A DNA stretch of 34,259 nt, taken from positions 63,905,441 to 63,939,699 of the forward strand of contig NC_068990.1 of NCBI RefSeq assembly GCF_001194135.2. The letters run 5' to 3'. The position numbers and the translations under genes are program-made. Below are positions 21,481 through 33,449 of the stretch, one piece after another (position 1 is the first letter of the stretch; each line of letters opens with the position of its first letter). The notes beneath the pieces were generated by a model. The model made no database searches. It was given only the letters and a program-made list of their open reading frames with translations, and had not been told where the DNA came from. This stretch comes from Octopus bimaculoides (taxonomy: Eukaryota).

Positions 21481-22163
21481 TAGAGAGAAGATATTACGAT
21501 GCTGTTTCACTCATATCATGAGAAGGCATTTGAAATATTCCATTATGGTTTTCAGTTTTGGGGATTAAAATATTTTGATGAAAAATCACAACATACTGTT
21601 GTAATTTTTAGTCAGTTTTCTGGAAAACACATTGTATATTAGGAATGAAAATAAGCCCTTTAAAGGGGTCCCTACACAAATGACTATTAGTGAAAAAATA
21701 TAAAGGAAGGGAAAAGGGAATAATATACAACACACAATCCCATTTTATTGTCGCTAGCATAGAAAAAGCATATTTTGTAAAGTACTGTGACCAGAAAAAA
21801 CATCAGTTAGTTTGTGACATTGGACCAGGTTGTAGTTGTGTGGCAGAAATTTTGACATATTAGGAAATAAATTTAAAATTGAAAGTGTAACAGCTTGCAA
21901 CACTCACAAAAACAGCTCTCTCCCTACCTCATGAACAGCTTGTGTCACTTGCTGCAACCTGGTGGGGCTCATTTCTCAGACTGGCTGTGGTTATCCCAAT
22001 TTTGCAGAGGAAATCAGTAATGTGGGGTCAGAGAACTCCTGAGGTCTCAATGACGACTATGCAGCAGTGCCTTTGCAATTGTGTTCATGAGACACAGCTA
22101 AACATGCCATTTAGTCTGGGGTGTACAGCTTGTTACTCCCACTTTCCGTCTTTTGCTGCTTAA

Positions 22164-22373
22164 CCCTTTAGCATTTAAACTGGCCGTATTTAGCCTGTTT
22201 TGTGTTCAAATTGGCCAGATCTGGCCTTTCACACCAACCCTATACAGTCATTCTAAAAATAAACAATTACATCATCAACATCATATAGCTCTGGGATAAT
22301 GCATGGTAAGTTCAAAGCAATGTGAATAAATAATAAGCATTGTATTTAATAGAGTAATCTGAATGCTAAAGGG
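22164..22373. mobile_element. piggyBac-type MITE (210 bp)
   Basis: TTAA (22160-22163) + CCCTTTAGCATT ... AATGCTAAAGGG + TTAA (22374-22377); perfect 12-bp TIRs. Confidence 0.92.
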
Positions 22374-22534
22374 TTAATTCACCTTGTTTTTCTTTCTTTT
22401 ACTTTGTTTCCTTGGTGAGGTAGTTCTGAAAATTTTTTCTCAGTAATTTGTTCTTTTATACTTTTAAATGTTTTCGTCTTTCTTTTCTTCCTGTAAAAAT
22501 ATGTTAATAAATTTTAGATTTAGAAGCTTTGTAA

Positions 22535-22672
22535 TACTGGTTTCAAATTTTGGCACATCATCCCCAAAAGGATGAAAGGCAAAGGTGACCTCTGAGGAAT
22601 TTGAACCCGGAACATAAAGACAGATGAAATGCTGCTAAGTATTTTGCTCAGCATGCTAACATTCTGCCACCT
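22535..22672 (-). mobile_element. SINE family B, internally deleted
   Basis: Tail GGTTTCAAATTTTGGCAC joined directly to CCCCAAAAGGATGAAAGGC. Confidence 0.75.
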
Positions 22673-22806
22673 TTGTTTTAAACCAATATTAAATAGCTAA
22701 AATGACTCTTCTGCAATATAGCTGCTAGCTAGGTTTTATAAAATCTCAGACTTCATACTTTTTGCTGATATTTCTTTAAGAATTTGGGTTTCCCATTTTA
22801 TTGCAG

Positions 22807-22944
22807 GGCAATGTTGAGGTTTGGTTGGGTGACCTACTAAGAATATCTCGAAGGTCACTACATGGAGTCATCAGAACAGCTGCTATGGCAATTACTGACC
22901 CAACATTTAAGCTCCTTGAATTTGAAAATATGTTCCCAGCTCAG
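22807..22944 (+). CDS. DNAH5: Dynein heavy chain exon 4 (46 codons)
   Basis: ttgcag|GGC AAT GTT ... GCT CAG|gtaaga; GNVEVWLGDLLRISRRSLHGVIRTAAMAITDPTFKLLEFENMFPAQ. Confidence 0.95.
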
Positions 22945-23313
22945 GTAAGAAATTTCTTTAATATTTCTTTATCCTTGATTCATTGAAGTTAGAGAATGAA
23001 AGGGGTTTGAAATAAGTTTTAATAGGAATTTAAACACTTATGGAAATGGAACTGATTAAGTTGTTACATTTTACTTAAAGAATTGTATTTTTTATGCACT
23101 TATTTGGTTTTTGTTGTTTTTTATTTGCCTCCTATTTTTATATATAACTTATTTTTACCTGCCTACCTGGCTGCTTTCATGTTTATGTACTAACATGCAT
23201 CGCATAAATGTGAATGTTCACCACACACACACATGCACATCCACATGCACATTATTTATTCATTTTCCATGCCTGCATTGTTTGGATAGGAGTTGATTTC
23301 AAATATATATATA

Positions 23314-23701
23314 TGCATGGCTGTGTGGTAAGAAGCTTGCTTCCCAACCACATGGTTCCGGGTTCAGTGGCACCTTGGGCAAGTGTCTTTTACTGTAGCC
23401 TCAGGCCAACCAAAGCCTGGTGAGTAGATTTGGTAGACAGAAACTGAAAGAAGTCCATCACATATATATAAATATATGTATATATGTTTGTGCGTCTGTG
23501 TTTGTTCCCACCGCCACCACCACTTGACAACCGACCTTGGTGTGTTTAGGTCCCCGTAACTCAGCAGTTTGGCAAAAGAGACTGATAGAGTAAGCACTAG
23601 GCTTACAAAGAATAAGTCCCAGTGTCGATTTGTTTGACTAAAGGTGGTGCTCCAGCATGGTTGCAGTCAAATGACTGAAACTAATAAAAGAATAAAAGAA
23701 T
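23314..23701 (+). mobile_element. SINE family A, full length, plus orientation
   Basis: TGGCTGTGTGGTAAG...CCGGGTTCAG...TTGGGCAAGTG...AATAAAAGAATA; a minus head fragment follows at about 23710-23850. Confidence 0.88.
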
Positions 23702-23904
23702 ATATATAATGAACTTCTTTCAATCAAATTTACTCACAAGGCTTTCGTTGGCCCGAGGCTATAGAATAAGTCACTTGTCCAAGGTGCCATGCTGTGGAAC
23801 TGAATCTGGAACCATGTTCAGAAGCAAGCTACTTACCACACAGTTGCGTGTGTGTGTATATATTTATATATGTATATATTTTTTTTCTCTCTCGCTCTCT
23901 CTCT

Positions 23905-24240
23905 ATATATATACATATATAGAGAGAAGGAGAATTTACAAAAAAACAAAAGACAAAGATGGGTGTGTAAACAACAAACAGGTGTGTTAGTTTAACACTC
24001 GGGAAGTGAAAAAGTCTTTTACGTTCCGAGCCTTTCATCTGCTAATTACTCCGGCAGGAGCTATTCGGATAGAATGGGGCATGCCAACGCTAGGCCGAAA
24101 CAACTGTAAGTTTCTGTTTATTCCTAAATTCCTAATGTACTGTTTATTTGTAACCTCCATTGTTAATATAACATGGTATGTCATAAGCATTTGTATGTTG
24201 TCGTTTTTGTCATTTTAGTTACAAAATAAGTTAATTAACT
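23905..24240. other. CpG-retaining unassigned repeat-like segment with GAAAC/GAACGT motifs (possible Penelope-like remnant)
   Basis: GTCTTTTACGTTCCGAGCC (minus GGCTCGGAACGTAAAAGAC) and GGCCGAAACAACTGTA; assignment weak. Confidence 0.3.
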
Positions 24241-24574
24241 CAATGGAATACACTGTCTGCAAGTCGATGGGTACCACATATTCTCCTCCATTTTCTAATT
24301 GCTATATATATGTATATAAAATATAAATGATATATGAGCATATGCATATATATATGTACATACCTACATCTACATGTATATATAGATGCATATCTGGGTA
24401 CAGGATGTCAGAAAAAGGAACGGGAACATAAAGCACAAAAACAGACTTTGTTTACAGACAACATACACAAATACGTGTGTGTATGTGTGTGTGTGTGTGT
24501 GCATGTGTGTGTGTGTGTGTGTGTGTGTACATATGTACACACTCACACATGAATATGCATTTTTTTTTTTTTAG

Positions 24575-24799
24575 GTTGGTCTTCTTGGTCTGCAGATGAT
24601 CTGGACACAAAACTCTGAATTGGCCCTGACTAAAGCACGTTCTGATAAGAAGATCATGGCCAACACAAACGTGAAGTTTACCGAAATTCTCAACGAACTG
24701 ATTGATATCACAACAAAAGACCTGACTAAAATTGAAAGGACCAAGTTTGAAACCCTTATCACCATTCATGTGCACCAGAAAGATATCTTTGAAGATTTG
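24575..24799 (+). CDS. DNAH5: Dynein heavy chain exon 5 (75 codons)
   Basis: (t)n ag|GTT GGT CTT ... GAT TTG|gtatgt; [15 protein letters not shown]...[22 protein letters not shown]. Confidence 0.96.
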
Positions 24800-25942
24800 G
24801 TATGTTGCCAAATTATGTTTGGGGAAGTTGGAAAGAGAATGGCATATGATCAAAAATGTGAAGTGTGATGTTTATTGTTCCCAAATCAGCTCGAATGTCT
24901 TTAGGCTTTTGAGCAAATGACGTTTTTAGATATGATTACCTCATTTCTTTTCTTAAACATCTGAAACTTGGACAACATTATTCAATGTGCCCTTCTTGTT
25001 AGTGATCTTGGATTAATAAACTTTACAATTTGAAACATACATTAAATAAGAACAGTTTCACTAATTGTATATTAATTGCTAAGATTTAATTATCATGGTT
25101 TTCACAAATACCCCACCTTGCTGGTATGGGTTGGATAAATTATTCAAGGCAATCTATTACAGATGTCGTTCATTCTTGATGCTGTTCCTTCTAAATACCT
25201 AAAATTATGAACAGGAATATGGTGTACTTATTCTAAAAACTAGAGTACACATGATAAATGTTATTAGAAGCCCCAATTTTCTGTTTCACATCAGTGTTTG
25301 CGATGTCTAATTCCACATATACATAAATACATATAAATGAGTAATATATGGATTTATGGAATCATGTGGCTATCATAGAAAACTCCTCTAGTGGACCTGG
25401 CTAGCAGACTACATGCTTCTTCTCCTATTCCTTCCTGTTTTTTTGTTAACATTAAGGTTTGTCAATTCCCTGAAATTAGATACAACATCTAAATTGATAT
25501 GAAACAAAATATATTATTCATATTTATTTTTTAATGATCATGCCAAGCTAATTTTATCTAGTATTGGTCTTCTGTACATTGTATATACAAAGAGTAAATT
25601 TTGTTTGTCTACTTAGTGTAACCATAATGCTCTGGTGATCTGATGAGCTAGCCTTCTTTATCTGGATTGATTTGTAAATGTACAATGTACATTGCATAGC
25701 ATGCTTATTAGTTCAGATATGTAAAATAATAATAATTTATTCCAAGCTGAAATTATTATTATGTGATGAAGGCTGCGAATTGGCTGTACTCTTAATGATG
25801 ACAAGTGGTTAAATAAACATTTTCCCCTCTCATACCTCTTGACATTTTATGGTTTATAGATGTGTGTATTTTTACATGTAGATGTGTGTTTGCATATGTT
25901 TATAAATGTAAGTATATACATGTTATTTATTTCAAATCTTAG

Positions 25943-26115
25943 GTTCGAATGCATATCCGGTCAGTTAATGATTTTGAATGGTTAAAGCAGTCTCGATTTT
26001 ACTTCAAAGAAGACACTGACCAGTGCTTGATCTCAATCACTGATGTGAACTTTAAATACATGAATGAGTTTCTTGGTTGCACAGACCGTCTGGTCATTAC
26101 TCCACTGACAGACAG
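25943..26115 (+). CDS. DNAH5: Dynein heavy chain exon 6 (173 nt; not in ORF track)
   Basis: tcttag|GTT CGA ATG ... GAC AG|gtaag; [57 protein letters not shown](R); ends in phase 2. Confidence 0.96.
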
Positions 26116-26125
26116 GTAAGGAAGG

Positions 26126-26554
26126 ACTTTATTCTTCTACTTGTTTCAGTCAGTTGACTGCAGCCATGCTGGAGCACAATCTGAAAGGGTATTTTAGGCA
26201 AAGAAATTGACCCCAGGACTTGTTCTTTGTAAGTCTAGTACTTATTCTATCAGTCTCTTTTGCTAAACCATTAAGTTAAGGGGACATACACACACCAACA
26301 CCAGTTGTCAAGTGATGGTAGTGGGGACAAACACAGATACAAAGGCACACTTACATAAACATGCATGCACGCACATACACAAACACACACACACATACAA
26401 TGGGCTTCTTTCAGTTTTAATCTACCAAATCCATTCACAAAGCTCTGATCAACCTGAAGCTATAGTAGAAGACACTTGCCCAAGGTGCCATGCAGTATGA
26501 CTGAGCCTGGAACCATGTGGTTTGGAAGCTAGTTTCTTACCACACAGCCACTTC
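26126..26554 (-). mobile_element. SINE family A starting ~10 nt after the exon 6 donor
   Basis: TTCTACTTGTTTCAGTCAGTTGACTGCAGCC...TTCTTACCACACAGCCACTTCT. Confidence 0.88.
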
Positions 26555-26784
26555 TACTGTAGATATATTTAAAAACAGGAAATATTCACAGGAACTTCAA
26601 TAAGTTCAAAACACATATCATAGTATGTGTAATAACATTATAGGAACAGTGGGAAAAGCTCTGTTTTGGATAGAAAATGAGCTGCTTCATAAAAAGGTTA
26701 AGATTATGATTAATTGATACAAACCTTGTATATTATTGGTATTTTTGTTGATTACTTCAGCAAGATTTTACTATGAAACACTAT

Positions 26785-27140
26785 CCTTTTTCTTTTACCT
26801 TTTACTTGTTTCAATCATTAGAATGTGGCCATGCTGGGGCCCCACCCTGAAGAAATTTAGCCAATTGAATCAACCCCAGTACTAACTTTTTTTTTAAGCT
26901 GGGTACTTATTCTATTGGTCTCTTTTGCTGATCTACTCAGTTACAGGGATATGAACACACCAAGCAGTGGTGGGGGACAAACAGAGGCACAAAGACACAC
27001 GCACAGATATACAATGTGTTTCTTACAGTTTCCGTCTACTATATCCGCTCACAAGGCTTTGGTCAGCTCAAAGCTATAGTAGAAGACACTTGCCCACTGT
27101 GCCATGCAGTGTGACTGAACCCAGAACCATATTGTTTGGA
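26785..27140 (-). mobile_element. SINE family A
   Basis: Same blocks as the other copies. Confidence 0.82.
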
Positions 27141-27501
27141 TGTTAAGTATTTTAGTAAGTGATTGAAACAAGAATAAAAAAATGTTATAAAAGGATTTTT
27201 GGATATTTAACTAGTTGCCAACTCAACCTGTGACTTATTTAGAAAAGAGTTTGCTATCATCATCGGATAAAGGTATTAAGCTTTTGTATTCTTCAAACTG
27301 GAGCTGTTATACTTCATTTAAAATATAGGACCTTAATCCACTCGCTTTAATCAGTGAGAGGAAACTTATGGTATGTCACTCACATTTTATCCTCCTTTAC
27401 ATTTCTTCTGTATTTGTGACCACATCTCATTTTTAGAATATGTGTACAAGTATATTCTTTACTAAGTTCTAGCTCAAATTGTCAATATTAACAGGAAATG
27501 T

Positions 27502-28073
27502 AAGGTGGTGAGCTGGCAGAATTGTTAACACACTGGGCAAAATATTTTGTGGCATTCTGTCCATCTTTACATTCTGAGTTTAAATTCTACTGAGGTTCAC
27601 TTTGCCTTTTATCTTTTTGGGGTCGATGAAATAAATACCAGTTGGGTGCGAGGGTTCCAGTTGATCTGATCAATGGAATAGCCTGCTCGTGAAATTAACG
27701 TGCAAGTGGCTGAGCACTCCACAGACACACTGTACTCTTAATGTAGTTCTCGGGGATAATCAGCGTGACACAGTGTGACAAGGCTGGCCCTTTGAAATAC
27801 AGGTACAATAGAAATAGGAAGAAAGAGTGAGAGAAAGTTGTGGTGAAAGAGTACAGCAGGGTTCGCCACCATCCCCTGCCAGAGCCTCGTGGAGCTTTAG
27901 GTGTTTTCGCTCAATAAACACTCACAACGCCCGGTCTGGGAATCGAAACCGCGATCCTAAGAACCGCGAGTCCACTGCCTTAACCACTGGGCCGTTGCGC
28001 CTCCACTTAGGTTGATATAATTAACTTATACCACCACCTTGGAAACTGCTAACCTTGTGTCAAAATTTGAAGC
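27502..28073 (+). mobile_element. SINE B with 19-bp TSD, interrupted by a minus-strand SINE
   Basis: CAATATTAACAGGAAATGT at 27483-27501 and 28074-28092. Confidence 0.88.
27646..28006 (-). mobile_element. Probably young tRNA-derived SINE family D (own head, family C 3' body)
   Basis: Minus head GTGGAGGCGCAACGGCCCAGTGGTTAAGG...GGTTTCGATTCCCAG; many CpGs retained. Confidence 0.88.
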
Positions 28074-28200
28074 CAATATTAACAGGAAATGTGTGAATTC
28101 TTTAGTGTTTTTAATGCTGACTACAATATCTCTATTTCAAGAATAACTGAATAAACTTTAACTTTATACTCTTATTTAAAATGTGTTAGTTTAAGCATGA

Positions 28201-28467
<267 letters not shown>

Positions 28468-28732
28468 TAATGAACAAGTTGTTAAATTTAAATAATAAGA
28501 TAAATCAGAATTATTTCATCAAATTCTGAGATCAATGGTCATACCCTTTCGTGTCCACAAGCTTTGGTAGCAATACTTGTTTGTAATGAATGTAGGGATT
28601 AAATAATTGGTTGGGGCATTCTTCATTTGATAGAAGTTTCTTTCATTTAATAACAGTTTTCCTTAGCTCCATATTACTTCAAAGTTTTGTAATCACAATA
28701 CAAGCCCACCTCATCAGATGTCTCTGAATAAT

Positions 28733-28965
28733 CATCATCATCATCATCATCATTGTCATCCTCTTCGTCGTCATCAATATTTTACATCCATTTACCATGC
28801 TGGCATGAATTGAATGGCTTGACAGGAACTGGTACGGTCAGGAGCCGCACCAGGTTCCATTATCTGGTTTGGCTTGGTTTTTTTCAACTGGATGCCCTTC
28901 CTAATACCAACTACTTTACAGAATGTACTGGGTGCTTTCTATATGGCACCAATACCAGTGCTTTT
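28733..28965 (-). mobile_element. Family E repeat
   Basis: (CAT)n...CCATGCTGGCATG...GATGCCCTTCCTAATACCAAC...TGGGTGCTTTCTATATGGCACC. Confidence 0.8.
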
Positions 28966-28974
28966 TTTCTTAAC

Positions 28975-29570
28975 AAATACCAAAGTAAGTATGAAAGAAA
29001 CTGGACTCTGATACCATCACGGAGAAAGCCATGCTTGTATGCAAAAAAAAAGGACTGTCTGAAAACTTCATACAGTGTATCCAATGTAAACAATAGATGC
29101 ACAAGAGGTGTAGAGGAATCACAGAAAAGGGAGATTTTGTATACATGAGGCGCAGAAGGGCAATAAACATTAAGAACACCATGGATATAGATTCTCTCAA
29201 AATAGTTGACAGATCCTTTTACCTAAGCGATTTAATTAGCAGAGGGTTGGGTACTCTAAAAGCGAAGTAGTCAGGGTAAGAATAGCTTGGAAGAAATTTA
29301 GATATCTTTTATCTTGGTTGGCAACAAATGGCTTCTCTCTGAGTGAAGGATGTATGTTGCTGGGGTGCAAAATGCAACGCTACAGGTAGGAAGACATGGA
29401 CTAACAATACAAAGGATATGAGATTAGAAAAGAATGAAGTGAGAATACTTCACTGGGTGTGTATAATGTCAGTGTGTATAAACAATAGACTACAAATGAA
29501 CTGAGAAGACAGAATATAAAAGGTAACAGTTGTTGTATACAAGATAGAAGATTGTGATGCTATGAGCATG
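28975..29570 (+). mobile_element. Decayed RTE LINE fragment (Cys-rich insert to C-terminus)
   Basis: FIQCIQCKQ*MHKRCRGI...VRIAWKKFRYLL..LATNGFSL...LEKNEVRILHW...IQDRRL*CYEHVM. Confidence 0.85.
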
Positions 29571-30023
29571 TGATGTTTGTGGTGTATGAGGGATGTAATT
29601 TACTTTAAGCACTTGGCTGTCTGTCTGTCTACTTGCCTATCTGTCTGTCTGTATGTAGGTGTGTGTGTGTATGTATGTACGTATGTCTATCTAATCCATC
29701 TGCCAATATAATCTATCTGTCAATCTATCTATCTATTTGTCAATATTCATATCTATATCTATTTTTCTATCCATCCATCCATCTGTCTGTCTGTATGTGA
29801 GTCTGTTTTATGTATGTACCTGCATGTTTACATTTGTATTTAGTTCCTGCCAACTAAATACCACTCACAAGACATTGGCCAACCCAATACTGCAGTAGAA
29901 AACACTTGACCAAGTTATTGCATGGTGAGATCGAACCTGGAATCATGTGGTTGTAAAATGAACTTCTTAACCACACGGCTATGCTCTCACCTACATAGGA
30001 CTAGTTCCTGCATATCAACACCC

Positions 30024-30325
30024 TCATCATCATCATCATTGTCACTGTCGTCATTGTTGTCATCATCGTCATCGTTTTTGGCATCATTGTCGTCATCATA
30101 ATCATCATCATTGTCGTCATCATAATCATCATCATCATTGTTGTCATCGTTATCTTGCAGTCATCATCATCATTGTAATCAATGTCATAGTCATCGTCAT
30201 TGTTGCCATCATCACTGTCGTATCATCCTCGTTGTTGTCATTGTCATCATCATCTTCATCGTCGTCATCATCATCATCATCATCATCACTTAACGTCCAT
30301 GTTCCATGCTGGCATGGGTTGGACA
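30024..30325 (-). repeat. Long degenerate (CAT/CGT)n tract ending in a family E tail
   Basis: About 270 bp of CAT/CGT/TGT triplets then CACTTAACGTCCATGTTCCATGCTGGCATGGGTTGGAC. Confidence 0.9.
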
Positions 30326-30635
30326 CATATCTCTTCCAATTAGAAACGATGTTAGCAGTTAATTAACTCTTCTATTGTCTGCAACCCACAGCTGCTTGCA
30401 ACGTATAATAGCGGTTCCACCTGTAGATTAATTTCTAAATGAGCTTAAATGAATTGAAAGCCGGCATAAAAATATGTATCAAAACCTAAACTACTAAGGT
30501 TAATTATACAGAGATATCATCGGAATGAAAAACAATTGTTTAGTCACAGTCAATGCAGAGAACACCAAAAATTCTATTAGAAACACGCAGTTTCTTCATT
30601 GCAAAAGTATTTATAATTGGATTTATAAAGCTCAT

Positions 30636-31527
30636 AGGTGCAGGTATAGCTACATGGTAAGAAGTTTGCTTTCCAACCACATGGTTCCATGTTCAGTCCT
30701 GTGTGGCACTTTAGGCAAGTGCCTTCTATTATAGCCTCGAGCTGACCAAAGCCTTGTGAGTAGATTTGGTTGACGGAAACTGAAAGAAGCCCATTGTATT
30801 TATATATATTCTTTTACACATTTCAACCATTTGACTGTAGCCATGCTGGAACCCCCTCTTTAAAGGGTTTTAGTCAAATAAATGGACCCCAGGACTTATT
30901 TTTTGTAAGCCTAGCATTTATTCTATTGGTCACTCTTACTGATCCGCTAAGTTACAGGGACATAAACACTCCAACATTGATTGTCATGTGATGGTGGGAG
31001 GACAAACACAGACACAAAAACACACACATAAATACACACACACACGTATGCATGCATGCACACACACACACACACACACGCGCATGCACACACACATACA
31101 CACACACACATACATATACATACACATGATGAGTTTCCCTCTTCCAGATCCACTCACAAGGCTTTGGTCATTTGGTCAGCCTGATGCTATAGCAGAAGAC
31201 ACTTGCCCAAGGTGTCATGCAGTGAGACTGAATCCAGAACCATGTGGTTGGGAAGCAAGCTTCTTACCACACAGCCATGCCTGTACTATGTGTGTATGTG
31301 TGTGTGTGTGTGTCCTACCACCACTTGACATCAGGTGTTGGTGTGTTTACATCCCTGCAATATAGCAATTCAGCAAAAGAGACCAATAGAATTAGTACCA
31401 GGCCTTACAAAAAAATAATAAGTCCTGGCGAGGTTGACTCATTTGAGTAAAATTCTTCAAGGCAGTGCCCCAGCATGGCCGCAATCAAATGATTGCTACA
31501 AGTAAAAAAATAAAAAATAAAAGAAAA
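30636..31527. mobile_element. SINE A (plus; halves 30636-30810 and 31288-31527) interrupted by antiparallel SINE A (30808-31284)
   Basis: Same architecture as 11015-12056. Confidence 0.82.
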
Positions 31528-31789
31528 CTCATGATACTGAATATGTTAAAACTAAATTATAAGAATCTATGACACAAATGGTGCTTGAATGTAGCTTCAT
31601 TTTTGGCAAACGTTTTGGATGCTGTGAGCTGCTCTCATTTTAAAGAGATCTAAAGTGAACTGTAGCACAATTAATGAGCTGAAACTAAGCATTGCTTCAG
31701 CTAAGTATTCATTTCTGTCTACATATGTCTGTTCTTACTCTCTCTCTTTCATCTACTGCATATTCCATTTTATTTTCATCTGAGAAATG

Positions 31790-31957
31790 CTGGATGGTGT
31801 TAGGAGGGGCATCTAGCCATAAAAAACCCTGCCAAAACAGACATCGAAGTCTGGTGCAGGCTCCTGCCTGGCCAGCCCCTGTCAAACCATCTAATCCATG
31901 CCAGCATGGAAGGCAGACGTTAAACGATGACGATGAGGAGGAGGAGGAAGAGGAGGA
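31790..31957 (+). mobile_element. Family E repeat with GAT-to-GAG tail
   Basis: GGTGTTAGGAGGGGCATCTAGCC...CCATGCCAGCATGGAAGGCAGACGTTAAACGATGACGATGAGGAGGAG. Confidence 0.8.
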
Positions 31958-32264
31958 AACAAGCCCTGTGAGGTAGAGTGGTTGCTGCAGTGAGTACCGC
32001 TAGCCATTCTCTGAAGCAACACCGTCATGATCATTACCATGGGATGCAGCTGAGCTCACCATTTGTTCCAGAGTGTGTATGTGGCCCATCACCCCCTCTC
32101 CTCTATCTTCTGCTACTTTTCCCCCTTTTTTTCTTTTCCTTTTCTATCCTTCTTTTTTTCTTTCTGTTTCTTTGTATTAAAATGTTATAATTCAAAATAT
32201 GATCTATTGTATAAATTGATTGTAGAAATAAAGCTTTTTGCTATATTCTTTCTCTTTATTCCAG

Positions 32265-32452
32265 GTTTGGCCCAATCAGGTTCTTGGGGTTGTTTTGATG
32301 AATTCAACCGTATCGAACTGCCTGTACTATCAGTGGCAGCCCAGCAGATTGCTATTATACTAACATGCAAAAAGGAACGAAAACCCCAGTTTATATTCAC
32401 TGATGGAGATACTGTGGATATGGATCCTGAATTTGGTCTGTTTCTCACAATG
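32265..32452 (+). CDS. DNAH5: Dynein heavy chain exon 8, AAA1 Walker B
   Basis: ttccag|GT TTG GCC ... ACA ATG|gtaaac; (G)[62 protein letters not shown]; phase 1/0. Confidence 0.97.
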
Positions 32453-33449
32453 GTAAACACTTTCTGCTCACACTTCATTTTCTAGTTTTCTTCTCAAGAT
32501 TTGCTGACTTCAATCTGCTTATCTAATTCACTTAATTACTTTATTTAATAATTATTCTTATATCTGCCTCAAAAATTTATCTTGGTATATCACAAACCAG
32601 TGACAAAGTGTCTGCATGGATACTCAGTTTGCTAGAAATGGCTAAAGATTTCCCTTTGAATTGCAATTTATTTTAACTCATTCATGCCAAAATTTTTTCT
32701 AGTGAATGAAATTGCCTGAAAATTCACAGATACTATTATTTTGACCTAAATAACAACTGTAAATTTTTTTTTTGAAATCCGTTTGATACAGACTGTATAT
32801 GCTTTAAGATCATGTTTCATTCTTTGATACAGATCATACACACATCACAATTTGTATCAAGTATTTGTTTTACACCCTTATAAATTAAGTCTCAGTTTAA
32901 ACAGATAATCAGCATGATTGGGTTAAAAAAGAAACAGATGACATCAATGAGTACATTAAATGATTTTATCCTTACTACAGTATATCTGGAAAAAAAAGGC
33001 TGGATGGTCATCGTTGGAATACCTTTCATTTGATCAGAACTAACTTGGAACTAAGTAATAAAGACTAAGCTATATACCTGCCTACCTACTAGCCTAAGAT
33101 CTTCCTGCAACACATCATTCTCTTGCTACCTAAACATTTTCTTATTTGTCTAAGTTAATTATCTGTCATGTGTCTATCTACCTATATTTTCTGAATAGAT
33201 AACTTCACTTTGTTTACCTGTCTACAACTGCTGTCTCAGTTCTGTTCACCTCCTTGGCATGCTGCCCTCAATGATATTGTCAAAAAGGGTTTGGGCACTA
33301 CTACAAATTTCTCATTGTAACTAGAACCAACAAGGTTTGGCTAAAGGACAGCAAAATTCTTAAATGGTATCCCTTCTTTGAGGTGGCAAGTCTCAAATTT
33401 AGGATGTGATTTACATTGTTACCTTCCCTAGCAGCAACCTGCCAAGTTT

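Noticed and set aside
21825-22155. GC-richer patch with ORF 21942-22163
   Set aside because: No identifiable protein or element features; possibly an old repeat, but it cannot be classified by eye.
24575-24595. In-frame downstream acceptor CTGCAG|ATG in exon 5
   Set aside because: It would delete the conserved VGLLGLQ; the upstream acceptor has a strong poly-T tract; no evidence of use from sequence alone.
27900-28006. Possible tRNA gene on the minus strand
   Set aside because: The tRNA-like head runs into a repeat body shared with another SINE, with no clean cloverleaf or poly-T terminator; it is a SINE head.
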